Assembly (NCBI GenBank): GCA_963834185.1
Contig: CAWIAR010000005.1
Span: 315,863 to 379,862 of the forward strand
Direction of reading: 5' to 3'
From: an uncultured Actinomycetota bacterium
GTDB lineage: Bacteria > Actinomycetota > Actinomycetes > Mycobacteriales > Nakamurellaceae
Length of the DNA: 64,000 bases
The translations under genes were made by a program, and so were the position numbers. Under the pieces are notes generated by a model. It made no database searches. It was given only the letters and a program-made list of their open reading frames with translations, and was not told where the DNA came from. This document shows positions 11,118 to 22,326 of the stretch, piece by piece. Numbering within the stretch: position 1 is the first letter of the stretch; every line of letters starts with the position of its first letter.

Positions 11118-11997
11118 GCGGCGCCCGCGGCCCTGGCCACGTCCATCACATATTGACCGTACGGCGACTTGCGCCATGGCGCGGAGCCCAACGCCAGGCA
11201 CCGCTGCGCGTCGATCCAGCCCTGCGACAGAGCGATCTCCTCGAGGCAGGAGATCCGGATGCCCTGCCGATGCTCGAGCACCTCGACGAACTGACCAGCT
11301 TCGAGGAGGGAGTCGTGGGTGCCGGTGTCCAGCCAGGCGAAACCACGACCGAGGTCGATCAGCGATGCAGTGCCGTTGGCCACGTAGATGTTGTTCAGGT
11401 CGGTGATCTCGAGTTCGCCGCGGGCCGAGGGCTTCAGGTCGCGGGCGTACTCGACGACGGCGTTGTCGTAGAGATACAGCCCGGTGACGGCCAGATTGGA
11501 CTTGGGCCTCGTCGGTTTCTCCTCGATCGAGATGAGCCGTCCGCTCTGGTCCCGCTCCCCCACCCCGTAGCGCTCAGGGTCGCGCACCGGGTAGCCGAAC
11601 AGCACGCAACCGGAAACGTCGGCAGCGGCGTCGCCGCATGCGTCTGCGAGAAGCCCTGGCCGTAGAAGATGTTGTCGCCAAGGACCAAGGCAACCGAGTC
11701 GTCACCGATGTGGTCCGCGCCGATGTGAAACGCCTGCGCCAGTCCTTCCGGCTTCGGCTGCTCGGCGTAGGTCAGCTGCAGGCCCCACTCGGCACCATCG
11801 CCCAGCAACCGCCGGAAGGCTGGGTTGTCCTCGGGGGTGGTGATGATCAAGATCTCCCGAATTCCGGCGAGCATCAGCACGGAAAGCGGGTAGTAGATCA
11901 TCGGCTTGTCGTAGACCGGGAGCAGTTGCTTGGAAACCGCCCGGGTCACCGGGTGCAGCCGAGTACCGGCGCCGCCGGCCAGGATGATGCCCTTCAT
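11114..11997 (-). CDS. rmlA: Glucose-1-phosphate thymidylyltransferase (apparent frameshift)
   Basis: [65 protein letters not shown]. Confidence 0.95.
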
Positions 11998-12131
11998 TCC
12001 TCGGCCTTGTCCCTCCGCAGTGCCACCGGCTGCGATCGGCGGCGTTCCGGGATCCGACCCTATCGAACCGCCTCGGCACGCCCCCGTTCGCGAGGTCGGA
12101 AAGCGCCGGGCTGCGGTGAGGTGGGCGGGGC

Positions 12132-13031
12132 TCAGGCGTGTCGGTCGGGCAGGGCCGCGCCGCCGGCCACCTTGGCCGACCGCTTGGCGGCGAACGCCCT
12201 GGCGGCGAGGCCGGCGCGAAAAGCCCACCGCAGCGGCGCCTGCCACCACCGCGGATATCGACTCGCGAGGTAGCGGTAGGCGGATTCGTGGTGCGCCCGC
12301 GCCATCGCCGCGGGTTCCCGTTCCGCGGCGTGCCCGCCGATGTGCACCACCCTGGCCGACGGGACGTAGACGTTCTGCCAGCCGGCCTGCTGCAGCCGGT
12401 CGCCGAGGTCGACGTCCTCGAAATACATGAAGTACGCCGGGTCGAAGCCGCCGACCTGGTCCCAGGCCGTCGCGGCGGACCAGGAGGCAGGAGCCGGAGA
12501 GCCAGCCCGCCGGCCGTTCCACCGGCTCGGCGTGGTCCAACCGGTAGGCAACGGTCCACGGGTTGGACGGCCACCACCAGCCGAACATGGCATGTCCGAT
12601 TCCGGTGCCGACCGTCGGCAACCGACGCGCGGACGGATAGACGGTGCCGTGCTCGTCGACGATCAGTGGGCCGACCGAGCCCGCTCGCGGGCAGGCGATC
12701 GAGCGCGTCGAGCAGGGCGTCGATCGAGCCCGGATCGAGCACGACGTCGGGGTTGATCACCAAGATCGCCTGCGCCGCGGGATCCAGCGCACGCGCGCCG
12801 ACGTTGGCCGCTCCCCCGTAGCCGAGGTTGCCGCCGGTCCGGACCAGCCGGACACCGGGCCGCTCGGCCGCGGCCTCCACCGAACCGTCGGTCGAGCCGT
12901 TGTCGGCCAGCACGACCTCGACCCGCCGACTCGGTGGCCTTCGGGACCGAGTCGAGCAGGGCGGCGAGGGTGTCACCGGGCGAGTAGGTGACCACGACCA
13001 GACCGATCGGGCCTTGGGTCGGGTCGGGCAC
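12132..13031 (-). CDS. wbbL: GT2 rhamnosyltransferase, WbbL-like (apparent frameshifts)
   Basis: [71 protein letters not shown]. Confidence 0.85.
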
Positions 13032-13051
13032 CGGTCGAAGCTACCAGCCGG

Positions 13052-15853
13052 TCAGGGCACGATCTGCCGACGAGGTCGCCGCGGTGGGTCGCGGCGGCCC
13101 GGAGGACCAGCACGGCCCAGCAGGTCAGGGTCGGCCACCAGGGCTCCCGCGCTGATCAGATTTCCGGCGACCCGATGGACGCCGACCTGTTCGAACACGA
13201 TCTCGTGGGCGCCTTCCGGGACGGCGACGGCGCCGAACGCCTGATCGGCCGCCCGGATGGTGGCCGCCGCTCCGTCGACGGACGCGGCCCAGCCCGAACC
13301 GAGCGATTCGGCGACGACCAGGTACCCGGCGCCGTCGGCGTCGACCCGCACCCGGATCTCGTCGCCGGTGTCCTGCTCGATCGACACGGTGGCCGGACCG
13401 GCCGGCGGCGGCCGGGCCGTCCTCGTCCAGGACCACGGTGTCCGACGGCAGGGTCGAACTTCCAGTGCGGTGAGTCGGGCCGGCTGCGTCGGGATCACCC
13501 GCGACTGTCGGCTGCCCACCGGATCCTGGGCAGGCTGGTGGTCCGCTCCCAGAGCACGCCGTGTTGGTCGCTGTAGACCAACCTCAGCCCGTCGTCGGTC
13601 GGACCCGATGAGTTGCACGCTGGGCACCGCACCCGGTGGCGCTCAGCCCGACCGGCGCGCCCGGTCGAGACGATCCGGACGGTCTGGGTGCCGGTCGTGG
13701 GCAGGTCCTCGCCGGCGATCGGAACGGTGAGCCACCCCGGATCGAGCGAACCCCTGGTCGCCGTTCCGGTGGCCAGTGTCCGTGCCGAGGCCGTCGAGCA
13801 CGGTGACATCGAGACGTAGCGCCGACCGCACGGTCGCGTCCACATGCACCCGGACGCCGCGAATCGGACCGGCAACCATGGGAACGGTCAGCCCGGCCGC
13901 GGTCGTCGTGACCCGGTCGGCGCCCTGGATCGACGCCGCCGTCCGGTCCGGATCGGTGACCGGTCCGGGAACCGCACGGATTTGGGACCCGATCACCCAG
14001 CGGGCCCCGAGTCGGTCCAGCAACGGGAATCGTGGATGCTCGAACCGGTCATGGTGATGGTCAGTCTCGGACTCGTCGGGGTACGGCCCGGTGGGGTGTA
14101 CGCATTGGGGTCGATGGCCAGCATGTACGCCCGCCAGGCGTCCGGCTGGAACGTGTGCGCTGTCGCCGTTCTGATGTCGTAGGCGTTGCCGGTCGAGCCG
14201 AAGAACGAACTCAGCTGCAGCGCACGATCATGACCCACGTTGGCCTGGGCCGCCCGGATCAGGCCGTTCTCCGGGTAGAAGTCCGCGGTACGCCCGGTCG
14301 GCCAGTAGAACGCGGTCGCACCGACGATCTGCACCGCCAGCACCAGCGTGGCCAGTCCGACCGCGGCCGACCGGAGCACCCGGCGCTGCCCGGCCAGCAC
14401 GGCGACGCCGAAGAACACCAGACACATCAGGCCAAGGGCGACGTCGGCGATCAAGTGGTCGGGGTTCGGCGCGTCGTCGCGGGCCCGCACCCACAACACG
14501 ATCAGCACCACCGCCAGCCCGCCGACGAGCCCGGAGCCGACGATGGCACGCCACCTCGCTCGGGCCGGGGTGAGGTCGGCGCGCAGCAGGACATGGCAGC
14601 CGATACCGGCCAACGCGCAGACGAACAGGCCCACCAGGTCCCGCAGCCGACCCGGCAGGTTGCCGGAGAAGATCGGCAGGGCGCCGAGCCAGTCGGTCCA
14701 CCATCCCTGGAACCAGATGACCGCGCCGACGAACGCCGTGCCGAACCGCCAGGAAGCTCACCACCCCACGGCGGGCTCCGGCGAACCGCGCACAGAGCAC
14801 GGCGAGTGCGGCCAGCATCAGCACGCCGGCGCCGAGGAAGGCATAGGACTCGATCGGGTTGGAGTCCGGGTAGGCCTCGGGATTGAAGGTCGTCGGCAAC
14901 AGGGTCGTGAGCAGCGACCGCCACGGCAGCTCGACGTGGAACTGATCCTCGCGGTATTCCAGGTTGGACGTGCCGAGCCAGCCGAGCAGCGGCAGCAGCT
15001 GGAACGCGGCCAGGGCCAGGCCGGTGAGCACACCGCCGACGGCCAGCGCGATCGTGCGAAGGCTGAGGCCGAGCGGCCGGACCCGCTCGGCGATCAGCCG
15101 GACCAGGAAATACGCACCGGCGGCGTAGAGAGCGTGGCCGGCCACCGCCGGAAAGCCGGCCAGGAACAGGAAGGCGACCGAGACGGCGACCGCCATGACC
15201 GCTCGAAGCGTGCGGACCTGGACGAACCGCTCGACCGACCAGAACAGCATCGGCAGCAGCGCGGCGGAGGTGGCCTGCGGGATCCAGTTGGACCAGGCCA
15301 CGAAAAAGCCGCTGCCGCAGTACGCCAGGCCGGCGAACGCGGCCGGGCCGGCGGAAACTCCGAGACGCCGGAGCCACAGGACCATGAAGGCGAAGGCCGC
15401 CGCGAGCTGGAGGAGCTTGACGAAACCCATCGCCCACGCCGTGGGCAGGATGACCGACCAGATGGTCAGCGGCGTCGCCCAGCCGAGCGTGTTCGTCCCG
15501 AGGCCGGAATTGCCGGGCGCGCCGGCGGCGATCCACATCGGCACGTCGCCGCTGAGCAACCGCTGATGCAGGTTGATCAGCGACGGCAGCAAGGAGTCGA
15601 TGGTGTCGCCGATCAGCGGGTTCTCCACCACGCTCGAGGGCACGGTGCCGTCGGTCCACGGGTAGTTGACCGTGAGCAGGTCGACCCCTGCGAACACCCG
15701 GATGCCGAGCAGGCTGGAGCCGAGCCGTACCGCCACCAGGAGCAGCGCGCCGAGCACGACTCCGACAGCTACGAGGTGTTCAGCGCTGACCCATCCGCGG
15801 GCGCGCTGCATGGCGCTCGCCCGGGTGGGCGCGGCCTCAGGGACGGTCGTCAA
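13052..15853 (-). CDS. YfhO-family large GT-C membrane protein (several apparent frameshifts)
   Basis: NPLIGDTID first loop, multiple TM helices, C-terminal GYLVVAES..GWAASVDG..ADQAFGAVAVPEGAHEIVF typical of the YfhO C-terminus. Confidence 0.8.
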
Positions 15854-15861
15854 AACGGCGG

Positions 15862-16635
15862 TCAGTCCTGGCGGTAGGCGACCGCGACGATCCCGTTGCC
15901 AGAACTGCGCCGAAGCTTCTGCAGCTTGGTGAACGGCCAGACGGCGACCTGGGTGGCGACGCCGACCACACCGCGCCCCGGTTGGAGCATGCGTCCCGAC
16001 CCGGCCGTGCGTTCGGCCATGGGCTCAGCCGGCCCATCTTCGTGATGACTACCCGGATCGGGGTTCCCACGCCGCTCGATCAGGAGGTTGCGCACCTTCT
16101 CCAGCGCAAAAGCCAGCGGCCAGCCGTACAGGTCGAGCTTCGCGGCCCTGAACCCGTTGCGGGCGAGCACCATCTCCAGTTCGTGCGGGCTGTACCGGCG
16201 GAAGTGGCCGACAGCCGCATCCCACGGTCCGTACATGTCCTGGAACGCGGGAACGGACAGGACAAGTTGCCCGCCCGGCACCAGACGGCGCCGCCACTGC
16301 GCAAGGGCGGCGTCCTCGTCCTCGAGATGCTCGAGCACTTCGAACGCGCAGACCGTGTCGAAAGTGTCCTCCGCGGGCAAGGCGTCCGCCGTGCCATGCA
16401 GCACACGCGCGCCGGCAGGCTCCAGCCGGGACCGGGCAACCTGGTAGGACTGTTCGTCGGGTTCGACCGCGACGTAGGTCGGTGCAAGTCGGACGAGCCG
16501 GGTACCCATCGCACCCTGGCCACACCCGGCTTCCAGCAGGCGGGTCGGGGCAAAGTCTGTGATCGCTGTGCGGATGAAGGGCCACCGCATGGATGCCCGT
16601 GGGCTCAGCGGTGCGGTGGGCGCCTTCCCAGGCAT
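15862..16635 (-). CDS. Class I SAM-dependent methyltransferase
   Basis: LLEAGCGQG, FDTVCAFEVLEH, PGGQLVLSVPA, DAAVGHFRRY. Confidence 0.9.
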   Translation of the reverse strand: MPGKAPTAPLSPRASMRWPFIRTAITDFAPTRLLEAGCGQGAMGTRLVRLAPTYVAVEPDEQSYQVARSRLEPAGARVLHGTADALPAEDTFDTVCAFEVLEHLEDEDAALAQWRRRLVPGGQLVLSVPAFQDMYGPWDAAVGHFRRYSPHELEMVLARNGFRAAKLDLYGWPLAFALEKVRNLLIERRGNPDPGSHHEDGPAEPMAERTAGSGRMLQPGRGVVGVATQVAVWPFTKLQKLRRSSGNGIVAVAYRQD

Positions 16636-17756
16636 GCAGCGATCCTCTCGGCCAGGGGCACGGCGACCTCGACGGCGGTGAAGCTCCGGTCGGCCAGAGT
16701 ACGGGCCGACAGCTGGAGCTCCGCCACCTGATCCGGGTTCTCTGCCAGCTTGCGCACCACGTCGGCCAGTGCCGGTGCGTCACCGGCCGCCACGTACCGC
16801 GCGGCATCACCGAGCACCCGTCGTTGCGCCGAGGTGTCCGACGTGATCAAGGCGCGGCCGACGGCGGCGCCTTGGTAGACCTTGTTCGGTACCACCCTGG
16901 CGGCCTTGGGCGTGGTGCCGAAGATCCCGAGAACGACGTCGTGCTCGGCGACCAACGCGGGCAGGTCGGTCGCGTCAACCCAGCTCAACCAGGTCACCGG
17001 GGCTGTGCTCGGGACCAGGTCCCGGCACCGTCGATAATCCTGACCGTGGCCGACCATGGTCACCTCCAGGTCGGTGCGCTCAACCAGCGCGGCCAGCGCT
17101 TGCGCAATCACCGGCGCCCCTTGCAGCGGCGTGAACAGTCCGAAGAAGATCACTCGCAAGGGGTCACCGGCCGGTCGCTCGGTGCGCTCGGGCCGGGCCG
17201 CGAACCAGCTCTGGTCGGCCCCGACCAGACAAATGACCACTCGATCAGCCAATGCGGCCGGTACCCGCTGCGCGTGCTCGACCGTGTCCACGACGATCAC
17301 GTCGGCGGCCTTGAGCGCGCTCCGGTCGAGACGGCCGAGCATCCGGGTGCGCATGCCACGTGGCACCCCTCGATCGGCGGCCGTGCCTGCGGCGAAGATG
17401 AGATGGTCGAGCACGATGGGCACGCCGCGGAATACCCGACGGGCCAGGTGAACGTCGAAGTGCCCGAGGTAGCCGACGAGCACAACGTCCACGTCCTCGC
17501 GCACAGCTCGGCCCCGGCGCCAGAGTCGCCACCAGCATCGAACGAGACGGGCGGCCAGCAGCGGTAGCCGCCACGGCTGCCGCAGGAGTGCCACCCGGTC
17601 AGCGGTGCTGAGCCCGAGTGGCTCGTTGATCTCGGAGACCACATACCCATGGGCGGCCAGACCCTCGGCCAGTACTCGAATCCTCGGGTGATCTTGAACT
17701 TGAAAAGTGCCGAAGACCACGACTCGCGGGTGCTCGACGCCCGTTTGCCCCGTCAT
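16605..17756 (-). CDS. GT4 glycosyltransferase
   Basis: HPRIRVL, FFGLFTPLQG, LGIFG..VVPNKVYQGAAVG..ITSD; ATGA overlap at 17753-17756. Confidence 0.88.
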   Translation of the reverse strand: MTGQTGVEHPRVVVFGTFQVQDHPRIRVLAEGLAAHGYVVSEINEPLGLSTADRVALLRQPWRLPLLAARLVRCWWRLWRRGRAVREDVDVVLVGYLGHFDVHLARRVFRGVPIVLDHLIFAAGTAADRGVPRGMRTRMLGRLDRSALKAADVIVVDTVEHAQRVPAALADRVVICLVGADQSWFAARPERTERPAGDPLRVIFFGLFTPLQGAPVIAQALAALVERTDLEVTMVGHGQDYRRCRDLVPSTAPVTWLSWVDATDLPALVAEHDVVLGIFGTTPKAARVVPNKVYQGAAVGRALITSDTSAQRRVLGDAARYVAAGDAPALADVVRKLAENPDQVAELQLSARTLADRSFTAVEVAVPLAERIAACLGRRPPHR

Positions 17757-18766
17757 GCCGGTTCCGAGCCGTCGGCCGCATCGGACGCGGGCGCGGCCAG
17801 GTTGAGCTGAGCCTTCTCGCGGCGATGCGATCGGCCGAGCAACCACCCGATTCCGGCGAGCAAGAAGTCACCGACCGTCAGGACGGCGCGCGAGAGCAGG
17901 ACGGCCAGCAAGGCCGGTCCCTGTCCAACGGCGGCTGCCGATCCGGCCACCAGGATCAATTCTCGTGGACCGGCGCCTGCCGCGGCGAACACCACCAGGA
18001 TCCCGGCCGAGGTGGCGAGCTGGAACAGGCCGATCGCCAGCAGCGGATCATGCCAGTCCCCGCTGACCATGCCGAGCAGCAGGTAGTACTGGAGCCCGAA
18101 GATCACCTGACCCACGAGAGCCCAGGCGGCCGCGCGAAGCACCGAGCCGAGCGTGAGCAACGGGAGTTCGATGGGCCGCCGCAGCACCGCACTGGCGAGT
18201 CGACCCAGCCAACCGATGACAGTGGGGTGCAACACCGCGAGCAACGGGATGACCAGCAGGGTCACCCACCACCAGTCGTGCAGAACGGCGGCGCCGCTGA
18301 GCACCAGCGCCACCGCGCCCAGGGACAGGGACGTGATCACCGAGATGATCAACGACATCAGGCTGGCCGAGCCACTCCGGACCACCGGGACGTGCTCCTC
18401 CCGGGCCATCCTGGCTTGCACGATGACAGGCCAGACCCCGCCGGGAACGTACTTCCCCAACTGACCGATGAGCACGATCCTTGCCGCCGAACGCCAGCCG
18501 AGGACTGACCCCATCCCGGCCAGTACGGATCGCCAGATCGGGACCGCGGTCGATGCGCCGACCATGCCGAACAGCATCGCGCCGACGACCGGCCAGAACT
18601 CGACGGACGCCCAGGCCTCGGCCAGTTCGGCCCGATGTGCGTAGATCCAGTAGCCGCCGAAGCCGACCACCGCGGCCAGGAAGATGTACTGGGCAAAGGC
18701 TGCCCGCCGTCGACCCGGCGACGGCTTCGCGCCCGCCAGGGCCTCGTCGGCACCCGCAGGTTTCAT
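17753..18766 (-). CDS. Second UPF0104/LPG-synthase TM flippase-like membrane protein
   Basis: GQLGKYVPGGVW, AGAGPRE, multiple TM helices. Confidence 0.85.
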   Translation of the reverse strand: MKPAGADEALAGAKPSPGRRRAAFAQYIFLAAVVGFGGYWIYAHRAELAEAWASVEFWPVVGAMLFGMVGASTAVPIWRSVLAGMGSVLGWRSAARIVLIGQLGKYVPGGVWPVIVQARMAREEHVPVVRSGSASLMSLIISVITSLSLGAVALVLSGAAVLHDWWWVTLLVIPLLAVLHPTVIGWLGRLASAVLRRPIELPLLTLGSVLRAAAWALVGQVIFGLQYYLLLGMVSGDWHDPLLAIGLFQLATSAGILVVFAAAGAGPRELILVAGSAAAVGQGPALLAVLLSRAVLTVGDFLLAGIGWLLGRSHRREKAQLNLAAPASDAADGSEPA

Positions 18767-18780
18767 GGCTGGCGGAACGG

Positions 18781-19737
18781 TCAGCGCAGATCCACCGCAA
18801 CCATGCGCGCAACAATCTCCTCGAATGCGACCGTTGGACGCCAGTTGAGGCGCTCGCGGGCCCTCGTCGGGTCGCCGACCAGCGCGACGCCCTCGACCGG
18901 CCGGAAGAACTGTGGGTCGGACCGGACGAATCGTTCCCAGTCCCGCAGGCCGGCGGCGGCGAAGGCCGCCGCCACGAAGTCCCGCACAGTGTGGCCCTCT
19001 CCCGTCGCGATCACATAGTCGGACGGTTCGGACGCCTCGGCGGCCAACGCCATCGCGGCCATGTAGTCCGGTGCCCAACCCCAGTCGCGGACCGCGTCGA
19101 GGTTCCCGAGGACGAGTTCGTCGGCCTCACCCCTGGCGATCCGCGCCGCGCCGGCGGTGATCTTGCGGGTGACGAAGGTCTCCGGCCGTCGGGGTGACTC
19201 ATGGTTGAACAGGATCACCGACGAAGCATGCAGGCCGCGGCCGCGGTACACCGACACCAGATGGTGGGCATAGGCCTTGGCCGCGCCGTACGGGCTCACC
19301 GGGGCAATCGCCGTCGTCTCGTTCTGCGGGCTGGTCGCCGGCGCGCCGAAGATCTCAGCGCTGGATGCCTGGACGAACCGAATGGGCCGGCCGGTGTCCT
19401 GGGTGACCTGCCAGACCGTCTGAATCAGCCCCGCTACCGCCAGTCCGTTCACTGCCCCGTTCACGACCGGCGCCGCCCACGACTGCGCCACCGACGAGAT
19501 TCCGGCCAAGTTGTAGACCTGGTCGGGTGCGACGTCCGCGATCAAGCCGGCGAGCGTGTCGGCATCGGTCAGATCTGCACGGTGCACGGTCAGCCCGGGC
19601 GCATCCTGATCGACACCGCCGACCTGGCCATCCTCTTCGCGCGCAAGCCCATGCACCGTGACCCCTCGGGACAGCAGGTGCTCGGCGAGATAGCCGCCGT
19701 CCTGACCGCTGATCCCCGTGATCAGGGCGCAGGGCAT
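18781..19737 (-). CDS. gmd: GDP-mannose 4,6-dehydratase family protein (divergent paralogue)
   Basis: [54 protein letters not shown]; SD GAGGAG upstream. Confidence 0.85.
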   Translation of the reverse strand: MPCALITGISGQDGGYLAEHLLSRGVTVHGLAREEDGQVGGVDQDAPGLTVHRADLTDADTLAGLIADVAPDQVYNLAGISSVAQSWAAPVVNGAVNGLAVAGLIQTVWQVTQDTGRPIRFVQASSAEIFGAPATSPQNETTAIAPVSPYGAAKAYAHHLVSVYRGRGLHASSVILFNHESPRRPETFVTRKITAGAARIARGEADELVLGNLDAVRDWGWAPDYMAAMALAAEASEPSDYVIATGEGHTVRDFVAAAFAAAGLRDWERFVRSDPQFFRPVEGVALVGDPTRARERLNWRPTVAFEEIVARMVAVDLR

Positions 19738-19877
19738 AGGACTCCTCGATGGACTTGGCACTGGAAGGTCAGGCGAATCCTATCGGGGACCGAGTTACGG
19801 ACCGATGCCGAATTCACCTTCTCGAGCTGTTGACGGGCCGGACGTCGCTGCCGACGGTCACCGCTACCCTCGGTCAG

Positions 19878-20996
19878 GTGAGCCTCCAGCCCTTTGTCTC
19901 TTTCGCACAGAACCGTGAGGACGTCGTCCTGTACCGCGCGCTGGGTCACATCGCGAATGGCCGATATCTCGACGTCGGTGCCAACGATCCGTCGGCCGAC
20001 TCGGTGACCCGGGCGTTCTACGACCGGGGCTGGCGCGGAATGTCGATCGATCCGGTTCACACCTACGCCCAAGCGCATCGTGACCAGCGCCCCGGTGATG
20101 TGGTGTTCGAAGTTGCGGTCACCGATGTGAACGGCACCGTGACCCTGTACGAGGTACCGGACACAGGCTTGTCCAGCCTGCACGAGGACGTCACGACGGT
20201 GCAGCTGTCCCGTGGCCGTGAGGTGCAGCCGGTACAGGTTCCGGCTCATCGGCTCGGTGATCTGTTGGCCGAGGCGGGCTGGCAGGGACTCGACATCCAC
20301 TTCATGAGCCTGGATGTGGAGGGGGCGGAAGCGGAGGTGTTGTCCGGGGCCGACCTGAGCATCTGGCGGCCATGGGTGATCGTGATCGAGTCGCTGGAGC
20401 CGGACACCGCTCTGCCGTCCCATGAGCGGTGGCAACCCGAGCTCGAGGCCGCAGGATATCGTTTCGTGCTCTTCGATGGCCTGAACCGTTTCTTCGTCGC
20501 GGAAGAGCATTGGGACGAGCTGCACGACAAGCTCAGCGCGCCGGCGAATGTCCTGGACAACTACGAACCGGCGCGCTCGGCCGAACTCAGGCACGAAGTC
20601 GAAAGGCTGAGCGCGGAGCTTTCCGAATGCCGGGACGAGCTGGACGGGCTACGAACCCATCATCTCGGGATGGTCGACGACCGCGAAGCCCTGGTGGCCG
20701 ACCGCGGCCGGATCTACCGGAGGGCTGAGGAACTGACCCACGAGATCGAGGCGATTCGTGATCGGGAACGCGCCGCGCTGGCTTCGGCTGTCGCCTGGCG
20801 CACCAAGGCCACGGCAGCGTGGACGGTGAACGCAGCCGCGAACGAAATAACCACCAATGCGGAAGTCGACCGGCTGCGCGCAGCAGCCGCCGGGCTGACA
20901 CACGAGCTGGCCGCGACCCGAGCGACTCTTTCCTGGCGAATCACCCGACCGTTGCGCGCCGTTCGCCGTCGGACCCAGGCTTCCGGCCATAGATGA
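19878..20996 (+). CDS. FkbM-family methyltransferase with C-terminal coiled coil
   Basis: SFAQNREDVVL, YLDVGANDP..DSVT, SLDVEGAE, WRPWVIVIE, FDGLNRF; heptad-rich tail ending LSWRITRPLR. Confidence 0.9.
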   Translation: MSLQPFVSFAQNREDVVLYRALGHIANGRYLDVGANDPSADSVTRAFYDRGWRGMSIDPVHTYAQAHRDQRPGDVVFEVAVTDVNGTVTLYEVPDTGLSSLHEDVTTVQLSRGREVQPVQVPAHRLGDLLAEAGWQGLDIHFMSLDVEGAEAEVLSGADLSIWRPWVIVIESLEPDTALPSHERWQPELEAAGYRFVLFDGLNRFFVAEEHWDELHDKLSAPANVLDNYEPARSAELRHEVERLSAELSECRDELDGLRTHHLGMVDDREALVADRGRIYRRAEELTHEIEAIRDRERAALASAVAWRTKATAAWTVNAAANEITTNAEVDRLRAAAAGLTHELAATRATLSWRITRPLRAVRRRTQASGHR

Positions 20997-22326
20997 TGCC
21001 GGCGTTGACCGGCTCCGGGCTGAGCAACTCGCTCGCCGAGTCGGCAACCAGGGCGAAAATCGGAGCGTCAGGCGCGAAGTTCAGGTTCTCGAAGCGTCGA
21101 AGCAAGGATGTCCGCCAGTCGCCGGCGGCGGGGGAACGCACCGAGCTGCTCGATGACGTCCACGAGGCTGCGTGCGTAATGCAGCGGCGAGTGCTCGGAC
21201 GCCACGTACGCAGCAGCCCTGAGCCCGACCTCTCGTGCTACTGGAAGAAGTGTCGATCCACCGACGCAGAATCGGAGCAATGTCACCTGCGCGCGGCGGA
21301 ACTGCGACACGGGCGACTGTCTCGCCCGGAACCTCGGCGTAGTGCCCGCCGTCCACGGTCACCACGGGAAGACCGTAGGCCATGCTGTCGAGCAGGACGG
21401 CGCTCGCCGCCTCGCCGAACGGATACCGCAGGACGGTGGCGATCGAGGCACGCCGGCGCAGTGCATCCAAAACTCCGTCGTCCACAGGACCGAGCAGATG
21501 CACGCTCCCGTCCAGGCCTTTGGCCGACACCAGTGCCTGCAGGTGGTCGTAGTCCTTCGTCGATCCGTAACCGCAGACCACGAGCTGTGCCTCAGCGGCG
21601 AGCCCGGCCAAGTCGAACGCCTCGATCACCGCCGGAATGTGCTTGTTACGATTGGGGATTCCCGCTTGCAGGATGATCGGCCGCTCATCGATCTCGGAGG
21701 GCAACGCGACGTCGTCGTGCCCGTTGGCCACCGTCCTCGGCAAGGGGAGGGCCCACACATCGCCCGCGTACCGCTGGCGGACCAGCTCGGCCGCGTACCG
21801 AGAGTGGGTGACAACGCCCTCGGCGTTGCCGAGCGCCAGCTCGAGCATCGGGAACCGGTCGACGATGTCGGGTCGGCCGAGGGTGGATGACAGATCGGCA
21901 CGCAGCTGGGTGACCAGAGCTACGCCGGCCTCTCCGTACCAGCGATCGACCTCCCTGAGCACCTCCTTCTCGGGCGCCCTCGACCAGGTAGGGCACCACC
22001 AGGTGGATCAGCGAGACATCGTGCAGTACAACCAGACCCGGCACTGCGCGCAACGCGGACACCAACGCCCCATGGTTGTCTGGATTGTCGCCGATGTTGT
22101 ACACCACAGCGTCATAGTCGGACAGGACCGATTCCGGATCAGGACCTAGTTCTTCGCCCTTGTCCGGAAAGGTTCGACCGCCCGCCTTGGCCGGGTAGAA
22201 GAGATCGACGTGAACATCGAGAGACTCGCGAATCGAGGCGACGACTTGTGCACTGAACTGCCCGATCGCACTCATCGGCGTGAACGGGGTGCACCAGGCC
22301 AATCGCATGGGCGATCGCGTAGTCAT
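20993..22326 (-). CDS. GT4-like glycosyltransferase (apparent frameshifts; 3' end approximate)
   Basis: MRLAWCTPF..SAIG, YNIGDNPDNH, VVLHD, NRNKHI, LRYPFGEAASAVLLDSM. Confidence 0.78.
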
